A DNA stretch of 64,000 bases from the human T2T-CHM13v2.0 reference genome, Homo sapiens (GCF_009914755.1 NC_060935.1); one strand, 5' to 3'; shown: positions 24,166 to 49,093, counted from the stretch's first letter. A program made the numbers and translations. The notes: generated from the sequence alone by a model not told the origin.

Positions 24166-24239
24166 CATCTCCAAAAAACAAGACATTCTCTTTACAAAAA
24201 TAATTATTAAAAATAAAATTCAGAATTCTATTTTCTTCA

Positions 24240-28676
<4,437 letters not shown>

Positions 28677-29939
28677 AAGAACTTTGTCTCTTGTGATGCA
28701 CCCCAGAACAAAACATCACTGCAAAAACACACCAAGGCATGAGTTTCAGTCCTAATTCCCATTTATCCACCATACACTATGTGCCAGGCACAACGCTAAG
28801 TGCTTCTATGGATGAGCTTCCCTTAATCTCAGCAGTAACAACCCCAGGCAATGGGGCCTGTTGACAGATCCATTTGCCACCGAAGACAGTAAGGCTCAGA
28901 GAGGGTAAGTGGCTTGTGCCATGTCAGCCAGCTAAGGAGGGGCAGAACCAGGATGCAAACCCCAGCTGCCTGGCTCCAGACTCGGGTTCCCAAGGTCCCA
29001 CTACACTTGGTCACTCCACTGCATTCTGGTATCCTGGTCTTTGGCAGAGTCCACGTAAAAGAAGGAGGTAGAGGGAGTGAGAGGGACTTCATGCAATAAA
29101 GTTTCCCGGCGTTACACTGCCATCGTAATTGTGTCCCCGACCAGGACCTCTCCCTTCTCATCCTTTCCGTGATCAGCCCTGGAAAACCTTCCAAAGAACT
29201 GTCCTCCTTCTCCCGGGATCTCAGAGAAAATTCGCCTGAGTTCAGTGTCCACGTGACCCAAGCTCTGAATGCGGTAACGTGCACGGAGAGATAAGGATGT
29301 CACCATGAGCAAGCCTCCCAGACAGCATCAAGGAGCAACCCCAAGACTGGGCAGGGTGGGCTCTAATGCCGCCCACGGCGAGGAGGGCTGCCCGTGCTGC
29401 CTAAATGGGTTCAGAATGAAGGCCGCTCTCTCGCCCATGTGGGGCTCATTAACCACGAATCCAATTATTAAGACAAGCTCAGCTGAGCAAATGGTCAAAC
29501 AAAAAAACATGTGGAAGGAACAAACAGGTCAACCCCAATATCCATCAAAAACCATCAAGGTGGCGGCCCTCACTGAGGGGTACAGCTCTCCAGTGGGCTC
29601 TCATCTGCCCTCCAAACCCATGTGCCTCCTCAGTGGAAGGCCAGCAAAGCCACACAGGAAGAGCTGGGGTAGGAAAGCAGAAAGTGAACCCCAGGAGGCC
29701 AGGCTGGCCACGGAGCCCCATCGCACACACACAAGCCCGGTGACTCAGGGGCTCACGTGTGCACGACACCGGGAGCTCACAGGGACAGCGCCCCGGGGGA
29801 TGCAAGGAACTTTGCCTCTCTGTCCCTCTCTGTAGGGATGGAAAGAGGAGAGCGATTTCTGGGATGGAAGCCATCTGCCTCCTCTCAACTCTCGCTGCCC
29901 AACCAGAAAGGGAAGAAAAACAGGAAGATGCGGGACAGG

Positions 29940-30920
29940 TGAGGAGCTGGGTGAGCGCCGCCAGCCCGCAGTCCAGCAGAGCAGGGCTTGGCCAAGCCTG
30001 GCGCCAGGGACTTCCCCCCTACCCCCACCACAGGCCCCTCGCCAGGTGAGAGGCACCGGCAGAGTCCCAGACAGATGCCCCAGACAGGATGCCCGGCGCA
30101 ACCCCCGCCCCTTCCCCTGCTAGGGGCCCCCAGGACGCGGGGCTCCCCCTCCCCTTTTGGCCAGCCGCAGAGTCCAGCGCGTCTCCCGGCCAGGGACGTC
30201 GTGGGAGAATCAGGAAGTCGAAGCCACACAGCCGAGAAGGGGCAGCTGGCGTCTCGGAGGCCGTCACGAGCTGTCACTCCGCGCCCGCCTGAGTTGCCGC
30301 TCAATTACCAACTTCAACCCGGGGCCGGCCACGGAGCCTCCCGCCGCCCCTACCCTGCGCCCCCGGGACCCCCGGACCCCAGCGCCCGCGTCACTTACTC
30401 CTCTGCCGTCGCCACCTGTCTGGGTGCCGGTCTCCTTCCTGCCCGGCCGCGGCGCGTCCTCCCCGTCCTCGGGCTGTGCGCTTCCCCCCTCCAGCAACAG
30501 CCGCAGCCTCTTCTCCTCGGGAGGGACGTCGTCCTCCTCCCTCCTGGGCCGGCCATCCCTGCCTCGGGGCTTGCCAGTGGCTTCGGAGCTGCCGGAAGGG
30601 CTGGCCATGGCTCCGGGGGTTCTGCCTGCACCTGGGGAAGAGGAAGGACCCGGCGCGAGCGGCCTCTCGGCGGAGCTGGGGCGTCTGAGCGCGGGCTCGG
30701 TGGGTCCGCGCGGCGCGGAGCTGGGCATCGGGGCGGGCGCTGGCTCCTCCGCGGGCCGCTCCTGGCTCTCTGGCGCCCTCTGCTGGCCGCTCGCGCGCAC
30801 CGCGGACACGCCGGGCCCTGGCCTGCGCTGCGCTCACCTGCCCCGGCCCAAGCGGTCGCTGTCCCCTGCCTGTGGCCATACCCGCTCTGACCAGGCCCTG
30901 CCCCTCCTCCCCGCTGCAGC
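29940..30920. promoter_or_regulatory. CpG island / probable promoter of a minus-strand transcript
   Basis: Very high GC with abundant CpG and GC boxes, in contrast to CpG-depleted flanks. Confidence 0.88.
30399..30631 (-). other. Candidate spliced exon with a strong-Kozak ATG (30608) and a 70-codon ORF MASPSGSSEATGKPRGRDGRPRREEDDVPPEEKRLRLLLEGG...GGDGRG
   Basis: Minus strand: upstream donor CAG|gtgagc at 30838/30837, acceptor ccttcctcttccccag| at 30632, gagccATGG, donor GA|gtaagt at 30399/30398 in phase 0. Confidence 0.6.
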
Positions 30921-32479
30921 CAGGTTGCACCCCGATGGTCTCCCTCCCCAAGGAGGAGAGAAGAGAAGGGAAGCCCCGAGAGGGTGGACATCGGCCACAG
31001 CCACCTTGTCTTTGCTCTTACCCTGTGTCTTCCATGATTTGGAGGTGGTGGGAAAACCGAGGCTGCTCCAAACTCGTGGAGAATTCCGCCTGCAGGATGA
31101 CACGAATGCACCTTCTCTTTGCTACCAACAGATCTTTTTTGAGCATCACTGTGGACCAGGCGTGGTGATGGGGGAGGGGATATTGTGGTGAACATGACAG
31201 GCATTGCCTTCACCCAGTGGGGCTCAGCGCTGGGTGAGAAGGCATTGAGAATGGACATTGTCAATTGGGCAAAAGGAGGCCACGAAGAAGTGTTGGGTGC
31301 ATGGGAACTGAAAAAGACAGGAGGCTCAGCAGGTCTTGGAGCTGGGAGAGGGACAGCAGCAGCGGCTGTTCCAAAGGAAGTAAAAGTTGAGAGAGGTCTC
31401 AAAGAGTTGTTCTCAGCCCAGTGGAGGGTGTTCAGGCAGAGGGAACAGCGTGTGCAAAAGCCCAGGGGCTGGGAAAGAAGCAGAAAGAGGACTGTGGGGC
31501 TGGAGCATGGAGGGCGAGGGGAGAGAGGTGTGGTGGGCACACAGATTGCCTGGGACCCAGCCGTGCAGGGGCAGAGGAGATAGGGGATCCTTGCAGACCC
31601 CCAGCCGGGGCTGAAGCACAGAGACAATGCAGGTGGGCAAAGGGAGGAGACGTGGAGAAATATTTTGGAGGCATGCCCTGATGAATGAGCCTAGGATGCA
31701 CCCTTAGTGTCAGTGTGGAGCTCCTTCCCTGGCTGTGTGATGAGCTGAACTCGGGGGTATTTTCTGGACATTGAGGTGCTACACCCAGAGTCCAGGACAG
31801 GCTAAGTGAGCACCAGCAGCTCCTGGCCTACCTCAAAAGCAGGAGAGACAGGGGAGACTGGGAAGGCTGGCGTGGAAGGGGAAGCCAGGAAGGCAGGAGA
31901 GGCCAGGGAAGCAGAGGAGGCCAGGGAGGCAGTGGAGGCAGGAGAGGCTGGGGAGGCTGTGTCCTTTCCATGATTCTGCCCAGGATCCTAGGCCCCTCTA
32001 CTCCCTGAGCTTCCCCACCCCAAGCGCTGGAAACATGTTGCACAATGGTCTCCCCACTAAGCTCCTGATGGCGGCCCCTACCCTGCTGTGCTCCCTATTT
32101 CAACCCTAACAGCTCTCACAGTGGGCAGCACATAGTAGGTGCTCAGGAAACACTGGTGGGAGAGCACATGGGTGTGCTCAGCACCTTCTTCTCTCCTCCA
32201 GCTCTCCCCTGTCATGAAATAATTCTGATAACGACACATGGACTTTGAGACACTCTTCTATTACTTGCCATATGCTAATCCATCTATACCTCACAGCAGC
32301 CCTGGGGGTGGGTGCAATGAGGATGCCCATTTTACAGAGGAAGAGACTGAGGTATAAAGAGGGTAATTGAAATAGGCACACTACAGGGGCTGGGGCCAAG
32401 TGATCAGAGCACTCAATCCCCAAAGGCAAGGTGGACGCAGTTACCATAAAAGACAGCAGAGTCAAAGCTGCAACCAGAA

Positions 32480-32990
32480 TTGCCTGACTCGCAGAGACCT
32501 ATGGTGCCTGCTGATCGTGGCATTCCTAGAAGTGAAATAGATAAGAAGCCTGCCACATTTTTACTGGATCTGTGTTTGCAGAAGAGTTCTAGGTCAGGTG
32601 AGCAGAAGTCTAATCTGAATCATAAAAACAGAGTCACAGTCCCCAGTCAATTCCCAGACATAAGCCAGTTCACAGACCCGGAGTCCCTTGTCTGAATGGG
32701 AAGCCAGGTCCCCTCCAGAAAGGACTCTGCTCCACTGCCAAAAATTTATACTGTCAATCTTTCTCCCAGCCTGCCCCCAAGGGAATACACAGCCTTTTAC
32801 CAGGATGACTGAACAGGAGAAAAGGAACTAATGAGACCTGTGCAGGATCACTGGACACAGGCTCTGAACTGGCACTAGGCTGAGACTAGGGTCTACCAGT
32901 CAGAATAGGCATTTTGGAGGTCAGGTGAATGTTGGTACAACTTCATGTCATGGTAGATCCATTGGGTCCCCAAATCCATCCTCTGGTTAT
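32480..32990 (+). mobile_element. ERV-L internal (gag-pro) fragment
   Basis: Degraded HERV-L-like sequence; 'ggatcactggacacaggctctgaactg' gives GSLDTGSEL, an aspartic protease DTG motif. Confidence 0.7.
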
Positions 32991-33306
32991 ATACAAAGTG
33001 GCAATGCTGAGATTCAAATTCAGGGCATCCAACATAGAGGCTGTGCTCTTACTCATGAAACATTCTGACACTAGTAACCATTTAAAAATGCAAACACCTC
33101 CTGGGGCTAGCCAGAGTCCTCCAAACAGTCATGTAAATTGGTTCTGTCAAGGATTTCCTCCCACCCCCTGCTGAGAGCCAGTTGCAAGGAGAGACTAGGG
33201 AAGGGCATTGGGTAACTTTGTTGCTAAAAGCTCTTCCGGATAAAGACATTTGGGAAAAGAAGAAAATAGAGTTCAGCAAAAGAGATAAGAAAGTAAGTTT
33301 ATGTTT

Positions 33307-36107
<2,801 letters not shown>

Positions 36108-38017
36108 TCAGTTGAAGACTAGAAAATGGTAGGAATCAGCCAGGTCAATAGGAGAGGTGTGGAAGATCATTCCCAGCAGAGGGAAGAGCATGTGCAAGAA
36201 TCGAGACATGAGAGGGTGAGAAGCTGAGAGATGTTCATATAATTGTAAAAAGTGACTAATGTAGAGGTAAGTTGGAGCCAAATCTTAAAGGCTCTTTGTC
36301 ATGTTTATCTTGTAGACAAAGGGAGACAGTAGATGGTTTTAGGCAGAGGAGTAATGATCCACTTTGTGCTATAAAAAGAGCAGTCTGGCTGGAGGAGAGT
36401 GGGAGGTGAGTAGACCAGGTAGGAGGTTGCAATACACCAAGTGAGACAAGATGGTTGGCTGGACCAAGGCTGTGGCAGTGAGGATGGAGAGGAGACAGTA
36501 GACTAACTTGACTGAGAAAGAGGGAGGAATGAAGGATGAGGCCCAGGTGTTTTGGAAGCTGGGTGGATGGTGGTGTGAATCTGATGTGGTGAGCCCAGGC
36601 AGAAGAGGAAATCAGGAGAGGAAAGGTAAGATGAGGTCAATGCAAGAAAGACAGCCAAGTGGAGATAACAACTGGGCAGTTGGATTCATCAGCCTAGAGT
36701 TATACAGAGAGCTCTGGAATGGAAATAAAGAGGAAAGGACTTTGGGAATAGGTGAATCCTCCCAGAATAATGTGTAGAGAAAGGAGAATAGAACACAGGG
36801 GACAGAAAAAGGGAAGAGATTTGTTATTAAAACCAACCATCCATCAGACATCTTCCAATACAACACTTGTTAGAGGTTTCCTCAGTGTGAGTTATTCAGG
36901 ACCAGAGCTAAAGACCATATTCTCAATAACATCACTGCTGGGAAGGTCTTCATGAAAACATTTAATGCTGCTTTTAAAACAACAACAACAACAAAAAGGC
37001 TTTAGCTGCTGCACAGACCCTGGAGCAATGTTTTGGCAAGAGTCTATCAAACACGAATCTCATCTGACTCAAGGAGGTGTCATATCAAGTGTAAAAATCC
37101 AATTCCAATGTCCATAAGAGCCTTTCTGCCAGGTACAAGACCCTAATCCAGTTGAAGTGATTTTCTATTGATTAATAGGCTGGGAATACACAGGTTGTTG
37201 GTTTTTGAGATTTCCCTCCCTGTGCCTTCATGCCAGCTGTGAAAGAGTCAAAAGGCTCCTAACTGTCAAAATAAAAATGACACTTGGTCACAGAGGAAAC
37301 AGATTATAGGTCAATCACATTGATGACTTTTTAACTATGAGAAGCCATTCATGTTACTGAGTAAGCAAATCTGTTTGCATAACCAGATTTTTATAGGCTA
37401 CTGGGAATAAAGGTTTTCCTAAGTGGGTGATTTGTACGATAGCCTTTGGGTCTCTGATGGAACAGCTCTGATGAGGAAATGTTCATTTAATTATGTGGAA
37501 GTCCAATTACCATGTTATAGCCACATTGTTTTGCAGATTGCATATAATTTCACCATTTCCATAGCTTCAGCACTATAATTGTGGAGAAAATTCAGGCACC
37601 AAGAAGACACTTGAGGCACATTATGCTGGAGACAAAGATGTTTTAACGAATTCAATTTAAGCTTCAACATTAAAGTTATTTTGTTGAATAAAGCATAATG
37701 CAATAATGAGCTTGTGTATGTCAACTGTATAGTGGAGGTAATAATAGCTAGAGAGAGCATGTCCCATCTCCTCTTTTTAATGCTCATTTGAGTAATACAT
37801 AATGCTATAGAGAGAACTTTTCTCTAATATGTGCTTCATCTCAGGCTAAGCGTGTTTTGTGCAGCTGTGCTTCATGGAAAAAAAAAGGTAAAGGATCTAA
37901 TTTGGGAGCCATTCACAAAAGTGCTACCACTTGATGTTTTTTATACTCTGAGATTTCTTATTCCCAGTGCCTACCAGGAATGGACTTTCTGGAGAAGCTC
38001 AGATTAATCACTCCTTA

Positions 38018-39413
38018 TGAGAGGTGACAGCGCGCTGGCAGCCCTCACAGCCCTCGCTCACTCTCGGTGCCTCCTTTGCCTGGGCTCCCACTTTGGTGGC
38101 ACTTGAGGGGCCCTTCAGCCCGTGGCTGCATGGTGGGAGCCCCTTTCTGGGCTGGCCAAGGTTGGAGCTGGCTCCCTCAGCTTGCAGGGAGGTGTGGAGG
38201 AAGAGGCATGAGCCAGAACCGGGGCTACGTGTGCTGCTTGCTTGCCAGCTGGAGTTCTGGGTGGGCGTGGGCTTGGTGGCCCCGCACTAGGAGCTGCCGG
38301 CAGGCCTTGCTGGCCCGGGCAGTGAGGGGTTTAACACCTGGGCCAGCAGCTGCTGTGCTCGACTTCTTGCCGGGCCTTAGCTGCCTCCCTGTGGGGCAGG
38401 GCTTGGGACCTGCAGCCTGCCATTCCTTAGCCTCCCCCCTCTGTGGGCTCCTGCGCAGCCCGAGCCTCTCTGACAAGCACCGCCCCCTGCTCCACGGTGC
38501 CCAGTCCCATCAACCACCCAAGGGCTGAGGAGTGTGGGCACATGGAGAGGGACTGGCAGGCAGCTCCACCTGCAGCTCTTGTGCGGGATCCACTGGATGA
38601 AGCCAGCTGGGCTCCTGAGTCTGGTGGGGACTTGTAGAACCTTTATGTCTAGCTAAGGGATTGTAAATACACCAGTCGGCACTCTGTATCTAGCTCAAGG
38701 TTTGTAAACACACCAATCAGCACCCTGTGTCTAGCTCAGGGTTTGTGAATGTACCAATCGACACTCTGTATCTAGCTACTATGGTGGGGACTTGGAGAAC
38801 CTTTGTGTGGACACTCTGTATCTAGCTAATCTAGTGGGGACTTGGGGAGCCTTTGTGTCTAGCTCAGGGATTGTAAACGCACCAATCAGTGCCCTGTCAA
38901 AACAGACAACTCAGGCTCTCTGTAAAATGGACCAATCAGCAGGATGTGGGTGGGGCCAGGTAAGAGAATAAAAGCAGGCTGCCCGAGCCAGCAGTGGCAA
39001 CCCGCTGGGGTCCCCTTCCACACTGTGGAAGCTTTGTTCTTTCGCTCTTTGCAATAAATCTTGTTGCTGCTCACTGTTTGGGTCCACACTGCCTTTATAA
39101 GCTGTAACACTCACTGAGAATGTCTGCAGCTTCACTCCTGAAGCCAGCAAGACCATGAACCCACCGGGAGAAATGAACAACTCCAGACGTGCAGCCTTAA
39201 GAGCTGTAACACTCACCGTGAAGGTCTGCAGCTTCACTCCTGAGCCAGCGAGACCACGAACCCCACCAGAAGGAAGAAGCTTTGAACACATCCGAACATC
39301 AGAAGGAACAAACTCCAGACACGCCACCTTTAAGAACTGTAACACTCACCAGGAGGGTCCGCAGCTTCATTCTTGAAGTCAGTGAGACCAAGAACCCACC
39401 AATTCTGGACACA
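38018..39413 (+). mobile_element. Solo LTR12C-type (ERV9) LTR
   Basis: Starts tgagaggtgacagcg, ends ccaattctggacaca; internal CCAAT-containing tandem repeats; AATAAA; 4-bp target-site duplication CTTA (38014-17 / 39414-17). Confidence 0.93.
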
Positions 39414-40597
39414 CTTATACACTTGGCACTGGGAGGTCTGTATGGAGCAAGTGAAGAAATCAGCAGAGTGAAGATAGAGGGAGAAAAACATGATGGGGGA
39501 AAGGCAAAGTTACTGCCATGTTGGTTTCAATTCTGCCACTCATGAGTGAGACCCATGACCTCCTCTCTCTAGGACTCTGTTATTCTTATCTGTAGAGTGG
39601 AGGAATAGAAGGGCCTTTTAAAGTATTAACATTTCCTGACCTATCTGTAAAACACTTTCATTCAAACTGATGGAAATCTTGACTACTTTGCCAAGAGGAC
39701 ATAATAATCATCAAGCTGAATGCACCAAACAACATTGCCTGAAACTATCTAAGCAAAAACTGAGAAAGTGACACAGGACAGACAAGCCTCCTATAAGAGT
39801 AAGAACTCTTCAGCACATGCTTAGAGTGTCAAAGACAATGCTGTGTTCACACCATTCCTCTTCCTGGACATGCAGAAAGACTACATTTCCCAGCCTTACT
39901 TGCAGTTAGTTTGGAACCATGTGACTGCATTTCCACCAATAGGAATGTAAGAAATCCCTTCGGGCCAAGGTTATCAAAGGCAAGTGTGAGCTATGTTCCC
40001 TCTCTTCTTATCCATATGGCTACCAGTGAAAAACTCTGAGATGGCAGAATTAAAAGACGGAAACCTCCAGAATCTCTGAATCACTGTTGGACAAGGGCCC
40101 CTAAGGAGAACCCCTGCCCTGCACCAGACTATGCTATGGGTGCCAACCCACTGAGAGTTCAGGGTTTATTCGTCTCAGCAGCAGTCTATTGTTACACTGA
40201 CTAACATTCTAAGGTTTGAGAGATCCAGCATATTGTTAATTGAAGCTAGATTTCAATTACACTGAGAAACTTATCTATTTAAAAATAAAAACTCTCCCAA
40301 AAAAAAAACAAATAATCCATATTCCTTTTAACAACATGTGGCAAATTTGCAAAAAAAAAAAAAACAAAAAACTGGCCACATATTAGGCCATAAAGAAGTC
40401 TCAACAAAATCCACTATACGATTGACATTGTCCAGACCACATTTTCCTGACCATAATGCAACAAAATTAGAAGTCAACAGCAAGAAGATAGCTAAACACA
40501 AGCATACATTAGGAAAATTAAAAATATCCTTTCATGAGTTAAATGAAAAATCACAATAGAAATTACTAAACATTTACAATTGAACGAAAACACAACT

Positions 40598-40640
40598 TCA
40601 TATATATATATATACATATATATATATAAATACATATGTA
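40598..40640. repeat. (AT)n tract at the 3' end of the VPS51 retrocopy
   Basis: atatatatat... Confidence 0.85.
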
Positions 40641-40647
40641 TTTTTTT

Positions 40648-41128
40648 GTGTGAGTCTTCCAACTTTGTTCTTCTTTTACAAGGTTATTTGGGAAATTCTG
40701 GGTCTCCTGCAATTCCTCATACAGTTTTACACTGTTTGTCAATTTCTGTGGCTGGGATGAACTTATCGTAGTTCTCATAGACCAGGGTTTGCATGTCGCT
40801 GTCTAGAGCCCGGATCTGCGGCACCATGTCCGTCTCACTGTCTATCAGCTGGGCCAGAGGGCACTCTCTAGGCAGCTTGTCTAGGTAAAGTTCCGGGTCG
40901 AAGTGCGCCCCGTTCAGATCAGTGGAGTCCAGGGGGTCGGGCCCCGCGGGGAGTCCCACCGCCTCCCCTTTCGAGAGGCCATTGTAAAGCTTTAGCATCC
41001 TGTGCGCCTTCCGCCGACGCTCCGTGAGCCTCCACATCGGGCCCTTCTGGGGAGTCCCAAGGTCCACACCCCGGGCTAGGCCCAGTGACAGCTGCCGCCG
41101 CCATAGCTCCAACTGCAGCCCACGGGCG
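40648..41128 (-). pseudogene. VPS51P: VPS51 processed pseudogene fragment (5'UTR + first two exons, then an L1-derived tail)
   Basis: ATG at 41104: [21 protein letters not shown]..(frameshift)..[89 protein letters not shown] matches the VPS51 N-terminus without an intron. Confidence 0.92.
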
Positions 41129-41802
41129 TAACTTTTTATATTTTTAAGTTGGATACATGGAGCTACTTGGCTTTTGCTTTCATCTCATCGTTGAGGAAAG
41201 AGGTGGCTGCTTATGGTACCCCTGTTTTTACTGCAACCTGTAATGGATGAGAACCTCCCTGTTGCAGAGAGCAAAACACTGAAATAAATTGTGCTGTAAC
41301 ACAGCCCTGTGTTGGGGGATTGGGAGTGATCATGCAAATGCTTGCAAATTTGCACAGTGACAGAGACAATGGTCTGGGCAGCTGTTGACTATATGAAAAG
41401 GCAATTGACCAAAAGTCAGTTACTGAGCTATCTCAATACTTTCATTTTATTTTAGCTTTTGGCAACAGGGTGCGATTAAAGGAGAGAAAGAAAACACAGT
41501 GATAAGTGTAAGATAATGTACACACATGTGTAAAAGAAAATGACAAGACAGGATGACTATTTGTCTCTTGGTTAGCTCCTTGGGCTCTATGTCTCCTTCC
41601 TCAGAGAACCTCGTTTTCCTTTGTCCAGATTTGTTAGGGTGGATAATCCAGGCCCCTGCTCCCCCATGATAGAAGCCAAAGACATCCCTGGAGCCGCATC
41701 CCACTGCACCCTTTCCTGCACTGCCCACATGGACACAACTCAGCCCATTAGACTTCCTCTCAGAACTCTAGTCTTGAGCAAAGGGATTAAAGGGTGAAGT
41801 GA

Positions 41803-42179
<377 letters not shown>

Positions 42180-43131
42180 TGAGCCACCGCGCCCAGCTTC
42201 CAAAAGTTTTAAGCAGAGCTCAGAGGTCTTAACCACAGGCACATCGGAGGAGCATTTTTGAAACACTTTCCAGCTTCCTCAATAGGAATGGAAGCCAAAC
42301 TCCGAATTGATGACTCCTTTCAGGAAGTCGAGAGCTGTAACGAAAGCCAGGAACAGGGGCAAGGGAGAGATGCGTCCCGAATGATCCTTTGCCAACTCTT
42401 TCTGGAATCCTCGATGTGATCTCAGCTGCCCTTTCTATACATGACACAGTGATTGTGGCACCCACTGGTCTAGCTGTGGTCTACAAGGAACCCCCAAAGG
42501 GAAGGGCACAGTGAGCAGGGGCATCGGCCTGAGTGACGAGGATTTGAGAGGGCAGGTTGGATGCAGGAAGAGGACTGGCCAAATGCCATGTGTCTGGACT
42601 TAGACTGCCTGGTTCAAATTGGACTTCACCCTCTTTGACTTCGTGATCTGGTACAAGCTACATGAAAACCCATTGCGCCTTTTCTAGTCTGTAAAATCAT
42701 CATGAAATGTGCACTAATAATGTGGAGACTATGCAGATGAAATGAAACAAGCTGCATAGAGAACAGAGCTCAGAGCCTGTCCTTTAGGAAGCCCTCAGTA
42801 AGGGTTCATGATGCCATGGTGTCTGTCGTCATCCTCTTTATCCTCATCATCACCTTCATAATCTCTTTGTTGTTCTTAGGGAATAGTTTAGAGGGACTCA
42901 TTCCCTGCTATCATGGGTGAGATGTCTATGAAAAGGACAACCAGTGGGGGAGGAAAGCAAAATTTTGAATAAGATTTCTGAGACCCCCAGCACAACCAAG
43001 AACAGAAACTCCACAGTCTGCTGAGCACAGAGTTTGCATATTGGTCTCCTCACATCTGCCCAGCGCATTCTCCTGTTTGTCCTGAGGAGGAGGAAACAAA
43101 CAAGGCTCCAGACCGTCCCTCAGCACTCACT

Positions 43132-44158
43132 TGAAGGGGTGGCCTGCCCCTCCACACCTGTGGGTATTTCTAGTCAGGTGGGATGAGAGACTGAGAAAAG
43201 AAATAAGACACAGAGACAAAGTATGGAGAAACAACAGTGGGCCTAGGGGACCGGCACTCAGCATACCAAGGATCTGAACCAGCACAGGCCTCTGAGTTCC
43301 CTCAGTTTTTATTGATTATTATTTTTATTATTTTAGCAAAAAGGAATGTAGTAGGAGGGCAGAGAGATAATAAGGAGAAGGTCAGCAATGAACGTGTGAG
43401 CAATACAATCTAAGTCATAAGGAAGTCCAAGGGAAGGTACTATGACTGGACATGCACATAAGCCAGATTGATGTTTCTCTCCACCCAAACATCTCAGTGG
43501 AGTAAAGAATAACAAGGCAGCATTGCTGCAAACATGTCTCACCTCCCACCATAGGGCGGTTTTTCCGCCATCTCAGAATTGAACAAATGTACAATCGGGT
43601 TTTATACCGAGACATTCAGTTCCCAGGGGCAGGCAGGAGACAGTGGCCTTCCTCTCTCTCAACTGCAAGAGGCTTTCCTCTTTGACTAATCCACCTCAGC
43701 CAGACCCTTTGCTGGTGTCCAGCTCGGGGACGGTCAGGTCTTTCTCCTCCCACGAGGCCACTTTTCAGACTATCACATGGGGAGAAACCTTGGACAATAT
43801 GGCGCTTTCAAGGGCAGAGCTCCCTGAGGCTTTCCACAGTGTATTGTGCCCCTGGTTGATTAAGAATAGAGAATGGCGATGACTTTTACCAAGTATACTG
43901 CTTGGAAACACCTTGTTAACAAGGCACATCCTGCACAGCCCTAGATCCCTTAAACCTTGATTTCATACAACACAAGCTTTTGTGAGCTTCAGCTTGGGTC
44001 AAAGTGGTTTGTTCAAAGTGACGGGCAAAGCTACAGATTAACAACATCTCAGCAAAGAAATTGTTGAAAGTACAGGCCTTTTTCAAAATGGAGTCTCTTA
44101 TGTCTTTCCTTTCTACATAGACACAGTAAGAGTCTGATCCCTCTTTCTTTTGCCTACA
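43132..44158 (-). mobile_element. Solo HERV-K (HML-2) LTR, LTR5A-like
   Basis: Reverse complement begins tgtaggcaaaagaaagag..gatcagact.ttactgtgtctatgtagaaagg and ends ggggcaggccacccct tca; 1027 bp; 6-bp target-site duplication CTCACT (43126-31 / 44159-64). Confidence 0.92.
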
Positions 44159-44589
44159 CTCACTGAACTGCCCTTCCCCTCTGCTGGGTCATGACCACGG
44201 AGAACAGGTCCACTGTCCTCCCTGCGTGGTGCACCATGGAGGCTCAGACTCCGTCCTCGAGGCTGGCAAGAAGACAGGGTAAGACATGAGCCTCCTGATA
44301 CAGGTGATGTCTCTGGAGCCCACAGGACTGGAACCTCACACTGCAGGGCTGGAGGCACAGATTGACTATTTACTATTCTGTGGCCTGGGGGCTCAAGGCA
44401 CACAGCTCCTCATTAGCCAAAGTCACCCAAGTTCCCCAACCTCTAAGGATTTCCTTATAAAAATTCAAGAAGAAGAAGAGAAAAGTGAGTGTCCATAGAA
44501 GCTTTGGGGCTCTTCCTCTAATCAGGAGAAAGCTGGTGTGTATTATTCGCTTCTTTCTTTGCTTTTTAAAGATCCAACTGCTTTAATTT

Positions 44590-47730
<3,141 letters not shown>

Positions 47731-48064
47731 GAAACAAATTTCTGAAGAGCAAATATTTTAAAAATGTCTCAGAATGTGAAACTTCAGGGATACTGTGCCC
47801 ATTTTATTCTTTTCTATTTCCCATCGTATGTATATGCAAGTGTATAACAAAGCAGCAATCAATGTGTGTATAAATCTATAACTTCAACAAATGTAAAATG
47901 TAAATGCTAAGTGGTGGCTGGGCGCGGTCGCTCAAGCCTGTAATCCCAGCACTTTGGGGGGCGGAAGCGGTGGATCACCTGAGGTCGGGAGTTCAAGACC
48001 AGCCTGACCAAAATGGAGAAACACTGTCTCTATTAACAATACAAAAAAAAAAAAAAATTATTCA

Positions 48065-48205
<141 letters not shown>

Positions 48206-48643
48206 TCAAAAAAAAAAAAAAAGGAAAAGAAAGAAATAGAAAATGCGAAATGTTAAGAAAAAACAGCATAATAAACATTTGTATGGTGTTGATGGACAAT
48301 GCATTTGAAGATAATATTTGAAGAAATATTACAATTAATTTCTGTTCTTACTCATTGGAGCTTGATGCCCCTAAAAACTTCGTCATTGGAACCACCTCTG
48401 GTGCTTTAAAAGAAAAAAAAAAAAAAAAAATCCACATACTCACACAGGTGCAAGGAAACCAGAATCTCAGGTATTGAGACCCAGGCCTCATCATTTGTAA
48501 GCTCCCCAGGTGATTTGACTCAAAACCAAGATTGAGGAACGGCAACATGGATCTCTATACATAACCTGCCTAAATGGATTCTCTAGAAGCAGTTTATAAA
48601 GAAATTCCACATGAACTCTGGAAGAGGATATGAATTTGATGTA

Positions 48644-48787
48644 CAGTATGTCCTCACTTAACATCTTTGAAAGTCTCTTGGAAACTTCACCTTGAAGCAA
48701 AATCATGTATAGTGAAACCACTTATTTTTCATCAACAGTATAACTACACAACTTTGAACAACCAATGGTGTTGGAGGACCTCCTGTA
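48644..48787. mobile_element. Small TcMar-Tigger-type MITE
   Basis: ta|cagtatgtcctca ... gaggacctcctg|ta inverted ends with TA flanks. Confidence 0.55.
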
Positions 48788-49093
48788 CATTGTTTCCATA
48801 AAGTCAGTTTTCAGGGAATTCCAAAACGAAGTGAGGACTTCGTGTATATAAAAAGATGGTTGTGATTCCACCTGGATGACAGGGTTATTGCTCAGAAACT
48901 AAAAGAAGCCGCCTAGGTATAGAGGATCCTGTCATGAGGTTTCTGCTAAATAAAGGATCCCAGAATCCTCACCCATTCCAGTGAAAGGCATAACGAAGAA
49001 AGCAATATTCACAAAGGAAAAGTGGAAAGGAATAAAAGCCATCAAGCCACAAAAATAATGTGACTAAGGGGCAGGATTTGCAGATGTAGAGAT

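Noticed and set aside
29988-31627. Overlapping 300-410 aa ORFs on both strands
   Set aside because: Stop-poor GC-rich CpG island gives long ORFs in many frames; only the splice- and Kozak-supported exon was kept.
38620-39360. Tandem repeats (ctctgtatctagct; gctgtaacactcac)
   Set aside because: Normal internal structure of LTR12.
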